A DNA stretch of 64,000 nucleotides from a virus (Duplodnaviria > Caudoviricetes): the IMG/VR virus record IMGVR_UViG_2562617090_000005. One strand, given 5' to 3'. Shown here piece by piece: positions 20,237 to 29,860 of the stretch. The notes beneath the pieces are model-generated. The model was not told the origin of the DNA and did not search any database. It was given only the letters and a program-made list of their open reading frames with translations. Positions within the stretch are counted from its first letter, which is position 1. Every line of letters starts with the position of its first letter. The translations under genes and the position numbers were made by a program.

Positions 20237-21470
20237 AAAAATCTCTCTGCTACTGGCGCTTGTGCTTGTCATAAGCGCCATCGCTTTGCCCCTGACGGCT
20301 TATGCTGCCGGGGACAAAGATACCACACCGCCGGAGCTTGCGGCTTCTCTGGACGGCGGTACGCTGAAAGTAGAAAGCAGCGACGACAATTCCGGCGTAG
20401 AAGCGGTCTTTGTGGACGGGAACCGTATCAACTCCCTGACCAATGGGGCGGCTACCGTCACCTTAAAGGATTATGCCGGCACAGGAAAACAGGTAAACGT
20501 GTATGCCCAGGATTATGCCGGGAACCGCTCAAAGACCGTGAAGTTTGAAAATCCCTATTATGAGGAACCGACGCCCACGGAAAAACCTGCGGAAACGGTG
20601 CAGCAGAACCAGAGCAGCAAGCCGGTAAAACCGGCACAGGTCCAGGCTGCTTCTTCCGGCAGTACCAATCATAACGCCCAAAGCAGCAATTCAGGCAGTA
20701 ATGCTTCCGGGAATAGTTCTAATGCGGGTACCAATACCGGCAGCAATACAGCCTCCGGCACAAATGGCGGCAGCTCCAATTCCCAGGAAGAAACGGAAAC
20801 CACTTCCTCTATCCCGGATGGCGCGTTTACCCCGGAGGGAACCGGCACAGTGCTGGATGAAGCTACTGGCGAGGGTGACGATAAGCAGTTTTACACGATC
20901 ACCACCGAGGCCGGAAATGTGTTCTATCTTATCATTGACGGCAAGCGTGACGACAACAACGTCTACTTCCTGAATGGTGTTACCGAAGCTGACCTGATGG
21001 CTCTGGCGGAAAAGAACGAGGGCACCATGAGCGTGATTCCAACAGAGGACGTCTGCACCTGTACGGATAAATGCGAAGCCGGCGAAGTCAATACCGCCTG
21101 CTCGGTCTGCAAGAATGACCTCAAAGGCTGCACCGGAAAGGAAAGACCTGCAGAAACAGAGGAACTCGCACAGACCGAACCGCCGAAAAAGGACAACGGC
21201 AGCGCCGGCACGATTATCTTTATTATCGTTGCCTTGCTTGCGGTAGGCGGCGTTGGCTATTATGTAAAGATCGTCCGTCCGAAGCAGCAGGCAGAGGATG
21301 ACGAAGATTTCGAGGATGACGGCTACGGCGAAGGCTTTGACCCGGATGAAGCCTATGGAGAGCCAGCAGCAGCTTCGCAGCGACCCATACAGCCGGCACG
21401 GGAACGGCCATGCAGATGCCAACCAGTATTTCAGTGTGATTGCCGGACGTCCTGCGGAAAAAGCCTATAA
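20226..21470 (+). CDS. DUF4366 membrane protein; C-terminus probably chimeric from a deletion at ~21364
   Basis: Signal peptide, KQFYTITT..GNVFYLIID...VYFLN, TM, acidic tail switching abruptly to out-of-frame adhesin sequence. Confidence 0.8.
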   Translation: MRTKKISLLLALVLVISAIALPLTAYAAGDKDTTPPELAASLDGGTLKVESSDDNSGVEAVFVDGNRINSLTNGAATVTLKDYAGTGKQVNVYAQDYAGNRSKTVKFENPYYEEPTPTEKPAETVQQNQSSKPVKPAQVQAASSGSTNHNAQSSNSGSNASGNSSNAGTNTGSNTASGTNGGSSNSQEETETTSSIPDGAFTPEGTGTVLDEATGEGDDKQFYTITTEAGNVFYLIIDGKRDDNNVYFLNGVTEADLMALAEKNEGTMSVIPTEDVCTCTDKCEAGEVNTACSVCKNDLKGCTGKERPAETEELAQTEPPKKDNGSAGTIIFIIVALLAVGGVGYYVKIVRPKQQAEDDEDFEDDGYGEGFDPDEAYGEPAAASQRPIQPARERPCRCQPVFQCDCRTSCGKSL

Positions 21471-24400
21471 CTGGATTTTGTCACAGGTTGCCTCCCATTC
21501 CACGATCCCCTCTTTTACTTCCACGAAGAAAAGCGAGGCACCAGAGCTGGAACTGAAATGGGACACGGAAAAGAAGATTTATACCCTGACTGTCACGGAC
21601 ACCAATAACCTGAAAATCGACCTGGAGACTTTGAAAGGCAGCGGCGTTTCCGTCACAAGAAGCGGGAACAAGTACACGTTCACCAGTAAGAACATGATTA
21701 TGGACCCCGTCACCTTTGAATTCCGAAAGAATATTCCGGTTGCCAATGACATGCTGATCTGGGGCAGACCCGGCTACCAGACTATGATGACCGGCGCCAG
21801 CGACCCGGTTTCCTTCTTTGTAAAGATCAAGACCGAAACCTACGGCACCGCAAAGATTGTCAAGACCAGTGAGGACGGTATTGTGTCCGGGATTCCTTTC
21901 CAAATTTCAGGCACGGACATTTTGGGAAATAAAGTGGATGAAACCGTCACTACCGGAGAAAACGGGCAGATTAAAGAAAAGCTGCTGCCCGGCACTTATC
22001 TGGTGAAAGAGCTGCCGGTGGACCGTTATGTGACCCCTTCCGCGCAGTATGTCACCATTGAAAGCGGCCAGACCTCCACGGTGCATTTCAGCAATATCCT
22101 GAAAAAGTTCCGCGTCCATGTGGTAAAGAGCGACGCTGATACCGGCACCGCCCAGGGCGACGCCACCCTTGCCGGTGCAACTTATGGCATTTATAACAAT
22201 GGCGAGCTGGTAGACACCTACACCACCGGGCCGGACGGCAGCTTTATGACCCGCTACTATGTCTGCGGTGATAACTGGACGGTGAGGGAGATTGATCCCA
22301 GCACCGGCTACCTCTTAAACGATACGGTCTATGAGGTGGGCGCTTCCCCGACCCTGTATGAAGTGGAACTGAATACCACGGAAAACCAGGTTACGGAAAC
22401 GGTCATTTATGGAAATATCCAGCTGGTGAAGCATACGGACGACCTGGACCCGGATGTGTCCGGGGATGAAAATACGGACGAACCCAATGAGGGCGTCATT
22501 GAACGCCCGGAGGCCGGTGCGGTCTTTGAGGTTTACCTGAAGGCGGCAGGCAACTATGATGCGGCAAAGGAAAGCGAGCGTGATCTGCTCACCACCGATG
22601 GAGACGGCTTCGCTTCCTCCAAAATGCTCCCTTACGGCCATTATACGATCCACCAGGTTTCCGGCGAGGAAGGAAAAGCGTTTATCCCGGATTTTACGGT
22701 CTTTATTTCCTCCAACGGACAGACTTACAGTTATATCCTGAATAACCGCACCATTACCGCAAGGCTGCGTGTGGAGAAATGCGACGCGGAGACCGGCAAT
22801 ATTATCCCCATGACGGGCACCGGTTTCCAGATCAAGGACCTGTCTACCGGGGAATTTGTCACCCAGGATATTTACTATCCGAACCCGGAAACCCTTGATA
22901 CCTTCTATGTATCGGATGAAGGCTGGCTGATGCTGCCGGAGCCTCTGCACACCGGGGATTATGAGCTTTACGAGGTGGCGGCGCCTTACGGGTATGTACT
23001 TTCCAGCGAGCCGGTGCCGTTTACCATTGACGGCAGCGAGGCCGTTGTCACGGTTACGCAGTACAATATGCCGCAGAAGGGGCAGCTTACCATCACCAAG
23101 ACCGGCGAGGTATTCGCTTCCGTCCAGGAAAACGATGGTCTGTACCAGCCGGTGTATGAGGTCATGGGGCTGCCGGGCGCAGTCTATGACGTGATCGCGG
23201 ATGAAGATATTTATACCGGTGACGGAACGCTCAGGGCGGCAAAAGATACGGTTGTGGAAACCCTTACCACCGGGGAGGATGGAACCGCCCAGAGCGGGCT
23301 TCTCTATCTGGGCCGCTACCGTCTGGAGGAACGCCAGGCGCCGGAGGGGATGGTCTTAAATACCCAGCCGGAATATGCCGAGCTTACTTATGCGGGTGAA
23401 ACTGTGGAAGTAACGCAGACCGCCATCGGACTTTATGACGAGCGTCAGAAGGTGGATGTGAGCCTGTTCAAAGCACTGGAAACGGACGATCTTTTTGGGC
23501 TTGGCATGAATGAGGAATACAAAGATATTTCTTTCGGCTTGTATGCTTCCGCAGACCTGACGGCTCTTGACGGCAGCGTAATTCCGGCTGGCGGGCTTTT
23601 AGAGGTGGTTTCCGTTGACCCGAATGAGGCGGGCGGCTATGACGCTTCCTTTGCTTCCGACCTGCCTTTTGGCAGCTACTATGTGAAGGAACGCACCACA
23701 AACAACGCCTATATCCTCTCTGATACCGAATATCCGGTTGTCTTTGAGTATGCCGGCCAGGAGGCGGCGCTGGTGCAGATTCTTGTAAATGAAGGCGAGG
23801 TTGTTTCCAACGACCTGCTGCGCGGGCGTGTGGACGGCGTGAAAGTCGGCGAAAACCCGGAGGGCGGCGAAGATGTGAAGCTGTCCGGGGCACTGATGGG
23901 ATTATTCAGGCCGGACACGGAAGAATTTACCGAGGAAAATGCGCTGCTTACTGTCACCACTGCCGAGGATGGCAGCTTTGCCTTTGAGAATATCCCTTAC
24001 GGCCACTGGATTGTAAAGGAAATTTCCTCTCCGGCACTTTATACGGTAAGCCCGCAGCAGCACCATATCTATATCGGTGTGGACGGCCAGCGCATTGAAA
24101 TCAAAGTGGAAAATACCCTGATCCGCGGCAGCGTGCAGGTGATGAAAACCGAGGCAGTAGACGAGCCTTCTTCTGTGAAGAAAGAGGACAAAGATAACAA
24201 CACCTTCCTGCGTTTCCTCTACGGCGCGGTATTCGATCTGTATGAGGACGCCAACGGCAATAAGGAATTTGATTCCGAAGATACGAAGATCGGCACACTG
24301 AAAGAATCGGATGCAGGCTACCATACCGCGGAGGGCCTTCTGGCAAAGGGCTACTTTGTGAAGGAAAGCAAGGCACCGGAGGGCTACCAGCTTGACGGGA

Positions 24401-25755
24401 ACGCCTACTACTTTGCCATCACAGAGGACGGCCAGGTTGCGGTTGTGGAAAATGGTGAGGCCGGACGGGGCTTTACCAATGAGGCGTACCGCGGGAACCT
24501 GAAGATTACAAAGGATTCCAGTGACGGGCGCAAGGATGGGTTCGCTTTTGAGGTCAAGAGCGCAGACGGCTCCTACTGTGAGACCTTTACCAGCCCAAAA
24601 TCCGGCGTGATCGAGGTCAAAGGGCTGCGTGTTGGCATTTATACCGTAACGGAAATCTCCAACCGGGCAAGCAGGGACTATATCATTCCTGACGCTGCCA
24701 CCGTGGAGATCAAGGCAGACGAAACCGCAACGGTCCAGTTCTTCAATGAAAAGCCGGAGAAACCGACCACCCCGGATAACCCGGATAATCCGAAAACACC
24801 GTCCAATCCGTCCACACCATCTAACCCTGATAAAGCGGTACCGCAGACTGGGGATGACAATTTCATTTTCCTGTATGGCGGGCTCCTGGCGCTGGCTGTG
24901 ATTGGCGGCGGGCTGTTTGCCGCAGCCTATTTCAAAAAGGGCAAGTACAGCAGAAATACCCCAAAGAGAAAAGTTGTTGGTATTGCGGTGGTTTCCCTCT
25001 GCGGGTTGTTGGCACTTGGCAGCGGGTTTCTGATGGTACGCGACCTTAACCAGTATTCCGAGAGCGCCGGGGCCTATGAGGACATTGCTTCCCATGTAGA
25101 GCTGCCAGAGCAGACCGAAGCGCCGGAGGACGATAATACGGAAACGGAACCTGCCGGGGAGGACCCTTCTGTGGTCCTCCCCACAGTGGATTTTGATGCG
25201 CTCCGGGAAACCGGGCCGGACATCATCGGGTGGCTTACCCTTCCTGATACGGCCATTAACTACCCGGTCACGCAGACAGACGACAACGAGTATTACCTGC
25301 ACCACCTGTATGACGGTACCTATAATAAGACGGGCTGCCTGTTTGCGGATTATGAAAATCAGGAGGATTTTTCGGACCGCAATACCATTATCTACGGCCA
25401 CAATATGCGGGACGGCTCCATGTTCGCCACGCTGAATGAGTATGACGAACAGAGCTATTATGACGGACACCCGCAGATGTATCTTGTCACCCCTGACGGC
25501 GGCTATGTCGTGGAAATTTTCACGGCGTTTGTAGCAAAACCCAGCGAGTCCGGCAGCGACACTTCCCCCTGGAGGCTTAGCTTCAAGGATGACGGGGCCT
25601 ACACCACATGGCTTTCTGAAATGGCGGGCCGTTCTGTCATTGAAACCGATGTTACGGTGACTTCCAGTGACAAGGTGCTGACCCTTTCCACCTGTACGCC
25701 CGGAGGCGCGAGCCGCTTCATTGTCATGGGAAAACTGGCGGCTGTAAACGATTAA
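21298..25755 (+). CDS. SpaA/CnaB-repeat pilin-like adhesin fused to a class B sortase; lacks N-terminal signal peptide
   Basis: Repeated GAxFxL/KE..AP.GY units, VPQTG plus TM, second TM, sortase B motifs IYGHNM, TLSTC, RFIV. Confidence 0.85.
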   Translation: MTKISRMTATAKALTRMKPMESQQQLRSDPYSRHGNGHADANQYFSVIAGRPAEKAYNWILSQVASHSTIPSFTSTKKSEAPELELKWDTEKKIYTLTVTDTNNLKIDLETLKGSGVSVTRSGNKYTFTSKNMIMDPVTFEFRKNIPVANDMLIWGRPGYQTMMTGASDPVSFFVKIKTETYGTAKIVKTSEDGIVSGIPFQISGTDILGNKVDETVTTGENGQIKEKLLPGTYLVKELPVDRYVTPSAQYVTIESGQTSTVHFSNILKKFRVHVVKSDADTGTAQGDATLAGATYGIYNNGELVDTYTTGPDGSFMTRYYVCGDNWTVREIDPSTGYLLNDTVYEVGASPTLYEVELNTTENQVTETVIYGNIQLVKHTDDLDPDVSGDENTDEPNEGVIERPEAGAVFEVYLKAAGNYDAAKESERDLLTTDGDGFASSKMLPYGHYTIHQVSGEEGKAFIPDFTVFISSNGQTYSYILNNRTITARLRVEKCDAETGNIIPMTGTGFQIKDLSTGEFVTQDIYYPNPETLDTFYVSDEGWLMLPEPLHTGDYELYEVAAPYGYVLSSEPVPFTIDGSEAVVTVTQYNMPQKGQLTITKTGEVFASVQENDGLYQPVYEVMGLPGAVYDVIADEDIYTGDGTLRAAKDTVVETLTTGEDGTAQSGLLYLGRYRLEERQAPEGMVLNTQPEYAELTYAGETVEVTQTAIGLYDERQKVDVSLFKALETDDLFGLGMNEEYKDISFGLYASADLTALDGSVIPAGGLLEVVSVDPNEAGGYDASFASDLPFGSYYVKERTTNNAYILSDTEYPVVFEYAGQEAALVQILVNEGEVVSNDLLRGRVDGVKVGENPEGGEDVKLSGALMGLFRPDTEEFTEENALLTVTTAEDGSFAFENIPYGHWIVKEISSPALYTVSPQQHHIYIGVDGQRIEIKVENTLIRGSVQVMKTEAVDEPSSVKKEDKDNNTFLRFLYGAVFDLYEDANGNKEFDSEDTKIGTLKESDAGYHTAEGLLAKGYFVKESKAPEGYQLDGNAYYFAITEDGQVAVVENGEAGRGFTNEAYRGNLKITKDSSDGRKDGFAFEVKSADGSYCETFTSPKSGVIEVKGLRVGIYTVTEISNRASRDYIIPDAATVEIKADETATVQFFNEKPEKPTTPDNPDNPKTPSNPSTPSNPDKAVPQTGDDNFIFLYGGLLALAVIGGGLFAAAYFKKGKYSRNTPKRKVVGIAVVSLCGLLALGSGFLMVRDLNQYSESAGAYEDIASHVELPEQTEAPEDDNTETEPAGEDPSVVLPTVDFDALRETGPDIIGWLTLPDTAINYPVTQTDDNEYYLHHLYDGTYNKTGCLFADYENQEDFSDRNTIIYGHNMRDGSMFATLNEYDEQSYYDGHPQMYLVTPDGGYVVEIFTAFVAKPSESGSDTSPWRLSFKDDGAYTTWLSEMAGRSVIETDVTVTSSDKVLTLSTCTPGGASRFIVMGKLAAVND

Positions 25756-25821
25756 CAAGAATATGGGAAACCGGTGCGGGGGCTGTCTGCTCCCGCACCT
25801 GCTATTTAGGAGGATTTTTCT

Positions 25822-26304
25822 ATGGTGAATGCCATTATTCCAATACCCGGCTACGTCCATCTGTACCGCTCCCTTTTGCGGTTCTATGATATGCCGGAAA
25901 ATGAGGTCCGGGAAATGCTCTATCTTTTGAACACGGCAAACCTGGACTGCTACGAGTATTACCACCCGGAGCGTGATGTGATCCAGAGCGGGCCGGTAGC
26001 CTTTAGCAACTGGCTGGAACATATGAACTGCCGCCCTTACCGGACAGAGGTACAGCTTTATAAATCCCTGCTGTTCTTAAAGCGCAGCATTGACCGGGAT
26101 TTGATCGTGACCTCACAGCGGGAGGCGCTGCAGACGCTCCGCTGTATCATTTCCAACCTGGAATACCGCTTCTATAAGGCGTATGGCATGGAGATTGAGG
26201 ACAAACGGACCGTGTACGGGGAATGTACCTACCGCCTGGTTCCCAGGGAGGACGAACCCAGCGTGTGCCTGATGCACGACTGGATCTACCTTCCCAGCGC
26301 ATAA
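25822..26304 (+). CDS. hypothetical protein, first gene of the nucleotide-metabolism block
   Basis: 160-aa ORF with AGGAGG RBS. Confidence 0.7.
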   Translation: MVNAIIPIPGYVHLYRSLLRFYDMPENEVREMLYLLNTANLDCYEYYHPERDVIQSGPVAFSNWLEHMNCRPYRTEVQLYKSLLFLKRSIDRDLIVTSQREALQTLRCIISNLEYRFYKAYGMEIEDKRTVYGECTYRLVPREDEPSVCLMHDWIYLPSA

Positions 26305-26382
26305 TGCCGGGAACTTTATATAAATTTGTCCCGAATAATAGACAAAATTCGGGACAGTTCATTTTCAAAGGAGGGATGCCAT

Positions 26383-26709
26383 ATCACACAAAAGGAAGTC
26401 AATGCCGTATTTGACGAGCAGGTGCAGCTCTGCGCTGACACTCTGCAAAAGAAAACCAAAGAATACACCGGGGACGATACGGACCGGCTGGGGGCTTTTA
26501 AGGCGGCGGCAGCTTTACAGCACACCACGCCGGAGCGTGCCCTTGCCGGGATGCTGGCGAAGCATATCGTTTCCCTGTATGACATGTGCTTTGACGATGA
26601 TACGGATTACGATTTAAGTACATGGAATGAAAAGATCACAGACAGTCTCAACTATCTGTTCTTACTGAAAGCTATTGTAAAGGAGGGACATACCAATCAA
26701 ACGGATTGA
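26383..26709 (+). CDS. small all-alpha protein, DUF1599/Nmad-like (tentative); probable ATC start
   Basis: KKTKEY...DRLGAFK...MLAKH...EKITDSLNYL pattern; GGAGG at 26370. Confidence 0.5.
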   Translation: MTQKEVNAVFDEQVQLCADTLQKKTKEYTGDDTDRLGAFKAAAALQHTTPERALAGMLAKHIVSLYDMCFDDDTDYDLSTWNEKITDSLNYLFLLKAIVKEGHTNQTD

Positions 26710-27478
26710 AGTAAAAATATTAAACTGTCAGGCGATTGCAGAGGCCGAGAAAAACATGGTCTTTGCCGCCCGGCTCACGCAAAGGGGCCACCGGATTGCC
26801 ACAATGGATGATCTGATGGCTCTTTATGAAAAATCATTCAGCGAAAATACCGTGGCGGCAATCAGCGGCCTTCCGCACCCCACGGTTCAGAAATTTGCGG
26901 TGATCACCGTTGCTGTTGTGGGGGCAAGCAGGCGGTTCCTGTCGCAGATCACGCGCCATCAGAACGAAGTAAAGTTTATGAGCGCGTCCTTACAGTACAG
27001 CAATTATGCGGGGCAGGCGGATTTTGCCGTACCCTATGAGATTCTGGCCGCCCCGGCTGCGGTCCGGGAACTGTACTTAAAAAGCTGTCACGAAGGTATG
27101 GACTGTTACGAAAAGCTGTGTGCCGAGGGAATCGGCCATGACGCGGCGGGCTATGCCACACCCCAGGGGCTTCGGAATGTGCTGATTATCAGCGCCACGC
27201 CCTATCAGTGGAAACACATCATCGGCCAGCGGGTATGCCGGCGCAATACGGACGAAACCCGGATCGTACTTTTGAAAATCTGGCAGGAGCTTTATACCTT
27301 AAGCCCGGCGCTGTTTGCCCCTGGCCTTACAGGATCGTTCTGCCAACGGGACAAATGCCTGGAGGGGAAAATGGCCTGCGGCAGAAAAATAGACGCGGAT
27401 ATAACGCCGGAGGATCTTCTGAAAGCGGACTATCCGGCACTTTCGGAAGGAGGCGCGCATGAAGATCAAATTGATTGA
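26696..27478 (+). CDS. thyX: divergent ThyX-like (FAD-dependent thymidylate synthase fold) protein; probable ATC start
   Basis: SRRFLSQITRHQ...SASLQY resembles the RHR-x7-S motif; frame open to 26696 with GGAGG at 26682; adjacent to dut. Confidence 0.65.
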   Translation: MKRIEVKILNCQAIAEAEKNMVFAARLTQRGHRIATMDDLMALYEKSFSENTVAAISGLPHPTVQKFAVITVAVVGASRRFLSQITRHQNEVKFMSASLQYSNYAGQADFAVPYEILAAPAAVRELYLKSCHEGMDCYEKLCAEGIGHDAAGYATPQGLRNVLIISATPYQWKHIIGQRVCRRNTDETRIVLLKIWQELYTLSPALFAPGLTGSFCQRDKCLEGKMACGRKIDADITPEDLLKADYPALSEGGAHEDQID

Positions 27479-27872
27479 CTTTGGCGTGCCGGAGGGCCGC
27501 CGCCCTTTCCGTCCGCATGGGAACGATGCCGGCGCGGATGTTTACATGCCCTATGACTGTACTTTGCAGCCGGGAGAGATCGCAAAGGTTCCTCTTGGAT
27601 TCGGGATTGAAGTGCCGGACGGCTATGCGGGCTATGTGTTCCCACGTACCAGCATGGCGGTAAAAGGGCTGGTCTGTGAACTGCCTCCTGTGGATTCCGG
27701 CTACCGTGGGGAAATCCATGCGATCATCAGTAATGTAAGCAATCAGACGCAGGAGCTTTCCAAAGGCTCCCGCGTGGGCCAGCTTGTGATCACCCCGGTT
27801 GTGATCGCGGATTTTGTTACCGAACTTGGCGAGCAGCGCGGCACAGGCGGATTTGGAAGTACAGGAAAATAA
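27459..27872 (+). CDS. dut: trimeric dUTPase
   Basis: Five motifs: AGADV, PRTS, VDSGYRGE, RVGQL, RGTGGFGSTG. Confidence 0.92.
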   Translation: MKIKLIDFGVPEGRRPFRPHGNDAGADVYMPYDCTLQPGEIAKVPLGFGIEVPDGYAGYVFPRTSMAVKGLVCELPPVDSGYRGEIHAIISNVSNQTQELSKGSRVGQLVITPVVIADFVTELGEQRGTGGFGSTGK

Positions 27873-28011
27873 AAAAGTGACTTTTAGAGAGTAATTAGGG
27901 AATTATCGCCGGTAGTGAGATTGGGCATATCAGGAAGATTGCAGGGTACAATAAAAGAAAGGCAGAAGGCAGCAAAAGGCGGTACACTGTCATAGCGTAC
28001 CGCCCTGCTGC

Positions 28012-28281
28012 TTAAAACTGCTTTAATATGTCGTGGTGCCCTACGTCCACCAGGATAATCATTTTGTCGCCTTCGTAATACCAGATAATGCGGATGTCCA
28101 TGTTGACGCTGCACTCAAAAAGATCCGTGGTTCCCTGGATGCGTTTAGTGCGCAGCGACGGATGGGAAGGATTTTCGGCCAAAAGTTCCAGCTTGTTTTT
28201 AAGCTGCTTCTTCTCCTGTACGGTCAGACCCTTAAAATGCTTTTGGAAACGGGGCGTAAAGGTAAACTCATACGCCATCAT
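28012..28281 (-). CDS. RelE/ParE-superfamily toxin
   Basis: FTPRFQKHFK...NPSHPSLRTKRI...RIIW...DVGHHD; overlaps antitoxin stop. Confidence 0.8.
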   Translation of the reverse strand: MMAYEFTFTPRFQKHFKGLTVQEKKQLKNKLELLAENPSHPSLRTKRIQGTTDLFECSVNMDIRIIWYYEGDKMIILVDVGHHDILKQF

Positions 28282-28538
28282 TCCGCCTCCAATTTGTCAA
28301 ACAGGGCGTCCACGCTGTCAAAGACAGGCTGCTCCCCGGATGCGATTTTTGCTTTTACATCCCCGATTTCTTCTTTAAGCTCGCTTAAATATTTTTTGGG
28401 GTAGACAACCACCGGCATGATGCAGATGGAACCGTCCTTCTCGAAGATGTCCAGTTTATCGCCTTCGGACAGACCGAGTTTGACAATGATTTCTCTTGGA
28501 ATTGTGACCTGGGCTTTTTGACGCAATTCGGCCAGCAT
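28278..28538 (-). CDS. AbrB/MazE-type antitoxin
   Basis: ELRQKAQVTIPREI..KLGLSEGDKL AbrB motif. Confidence 0.85.
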   Translation of the reverse strand: MLAELRQKAQVTIPREIIVKLGLSEGDKLDIFEKDGSICIMPVVVYPKKYLSELKEEIGDVKAKIASGEQPVFDSVDALFDKLEAE

Positions 28539-28564
28539 ACGATCATCTCCTTTGCTTTAAGTTT

Positions 28565-28601
28565 GAAAGTAAGAAATTCTTACTTTCTTACTTATAGTAT
28601 A
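28565..28601 (-). promoter_or_regulatory. TA promoter with palindromic operator
   Basis: Perfect IR gaaagtaagaa-a-ttcttactttc (28565-28587); TATACT -10 on the minus strand just upstream. Confidence 0.65.
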
Positions 28602-28671
28602 TCCACTTTGAGGGATTTATGCAAGGGGTACGAAAAAAATTTACAAATAAAGCGGCCAGCACCGTGACCGC

Positions 28672-28986
28672 TTACTTTCTGCTATTGAGTTCTTTCATAA
28701 TACCGAGGATATACTGCATGGATTTGGAGTCGAGCTGTTTCGCCTCTGCGATAAATTCCCGCAAGGCTTCGGGGCAGGTGTTACCCTCATCAAAGAATTC
28801 CTGCGGTGTTACACCCAGGTATTCACAGATATAGAAAAAAGACTGCATGGCGGGAAGTGACTTTTTGTTTTCAATGTTGTTGATGTAGTTGTTTGCCTGT
28901 CCTAACGATAGAGACATATCGCGCGCAGATACGCCTTTCTGTGTCCGCAGCTTTGCCAGCCGTTCCGGGACAAAATCTTCATACAT
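28672..28986 (-). CDS. XRE-family HTH regulator
   Basis: RLAKLRTQKGVSARDMSLSLGQ..NYINNIENKKSLP. Confidence 0.85.
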   Translation of the reverse strand: MYEDFVPERLAKLRTQKGVSARDMSLSLGQANNYINNIENKKSLPAMQSFFYICEYLGVTPQEFFDEGNTCPEALREFIAEAKQLDSKSMQYILGIMKELNSRK

Positions 28987-29134
28987 CGCCTTCACCTCCC
29001 ATTCTGTAATAGATTGTACCTCACGCCCTTGTATTATTCGCAAAGGGAAAAAGGGTGTTTTCGTTGACTTGCTAAATTAAATCTATTACAATATGGAAAG
29101 TGAAGAATAATACCTATCGGACGGAGGAATAAAA

Positions 29135-29644
29135 ATGGAAGGAAAGACCTGCTGTGTCACCGGACACAGGGATTTACCCCAGAAAGAGATTAACCATGTA
29201 AAGACCGCCCTGCGGCGTGAAATTGATTCAGCGGTTGCAGACGGGTTTACCCGCTTTATGAGCGGTTTCGCAGACGGCGTGGACCAGTATTTTGCCGAGA
29301 TTGTGCTGGAGAAAAAAAAGACAAATCCGGCGCTGGAGCTGATTGCTGTCATTCCCTATCAAAAGCGTCTGGACAGCCTGATGGCAAAGGGCCGGACTTA
29401 TGAAATGCTGGAGGCTTGCGCGGATGTTGTTGTCATGCAGGAGGAATACCACCCCAGCGTCTATTCCCACCGGAACCGCTACATGGTGGAACACTCAGAC
29501 CGGGTGATCGCTGTGTATGACGGGAGGGAAAAAGGCGGCACGGTGAGGACAATCCGGTTTGCCCACCAGATGAAAAAGGTACTGCGGGAAATCCCTGTCG
29601 GGGAGATTGTTCTGCCAGGCCAACCCATTGCGAAAAGAAAATGA
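29135..29644 (+). CDS. SLOG family protein (DUF1273/YspA-like)
   Basis: CCVTGHR, FMSGFADGVD, RNRYMVEHSD, GGTVRT. Confidence 0.8.
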   Translation: MEGKTCCVTGHRDLPQKEINHVKTALRREIDSAVADGFTRFMSGFADGVDQYFAEIVLEKKKTNPALELIAVIPYQKRLDSLMAKGRTYEMLEACADVVVMQEEYHPSVYSHRNRYMVEHSDRVIAVYDGREKGGTVRTIRFAHQMKKVLREIPVGEIVLPGQPIAKRK

Positions 29645-29725
29645 AAAAATGGATAACTGATACTTGATGATGCGCTCACTTTTCGGTGGGCGTTTTTCTT
29701 TACCTATTTTTTAGGAGGATTTTTT

Positions 29726-29860
29726 ATGTGGAACATGATTACACACTTTCTTACATTCACCGGGGGAATGTCTGCCGGCGTTGTGCTGATGTGTCTTTTG
29801 CAGACGGGAAAGCAGGAAGATGAATGGTTAGAAAACAGGAAACGGGAGGAAAACGAATGA
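29726..29860 (+). CDS. small membrane protein, DUF3789-like (44 aa, not in ORF track)
   Basis: MWNMITHFLTFTGGMSAGVVLMCLLQTGK...; AGGAGG RBS; ATGA overlap with next gene. Confidence 0.6.
   Translation: MWNMITHFLTFTGGMSAGVVLMCLLQTGKQEDEWLENRKREENE

Noticed and set aside
23902-26022. 706-aa minus-strand ORF
   Set aside because: Antisense shadow of the adhesin-sortase gene; no recognisable motifs.
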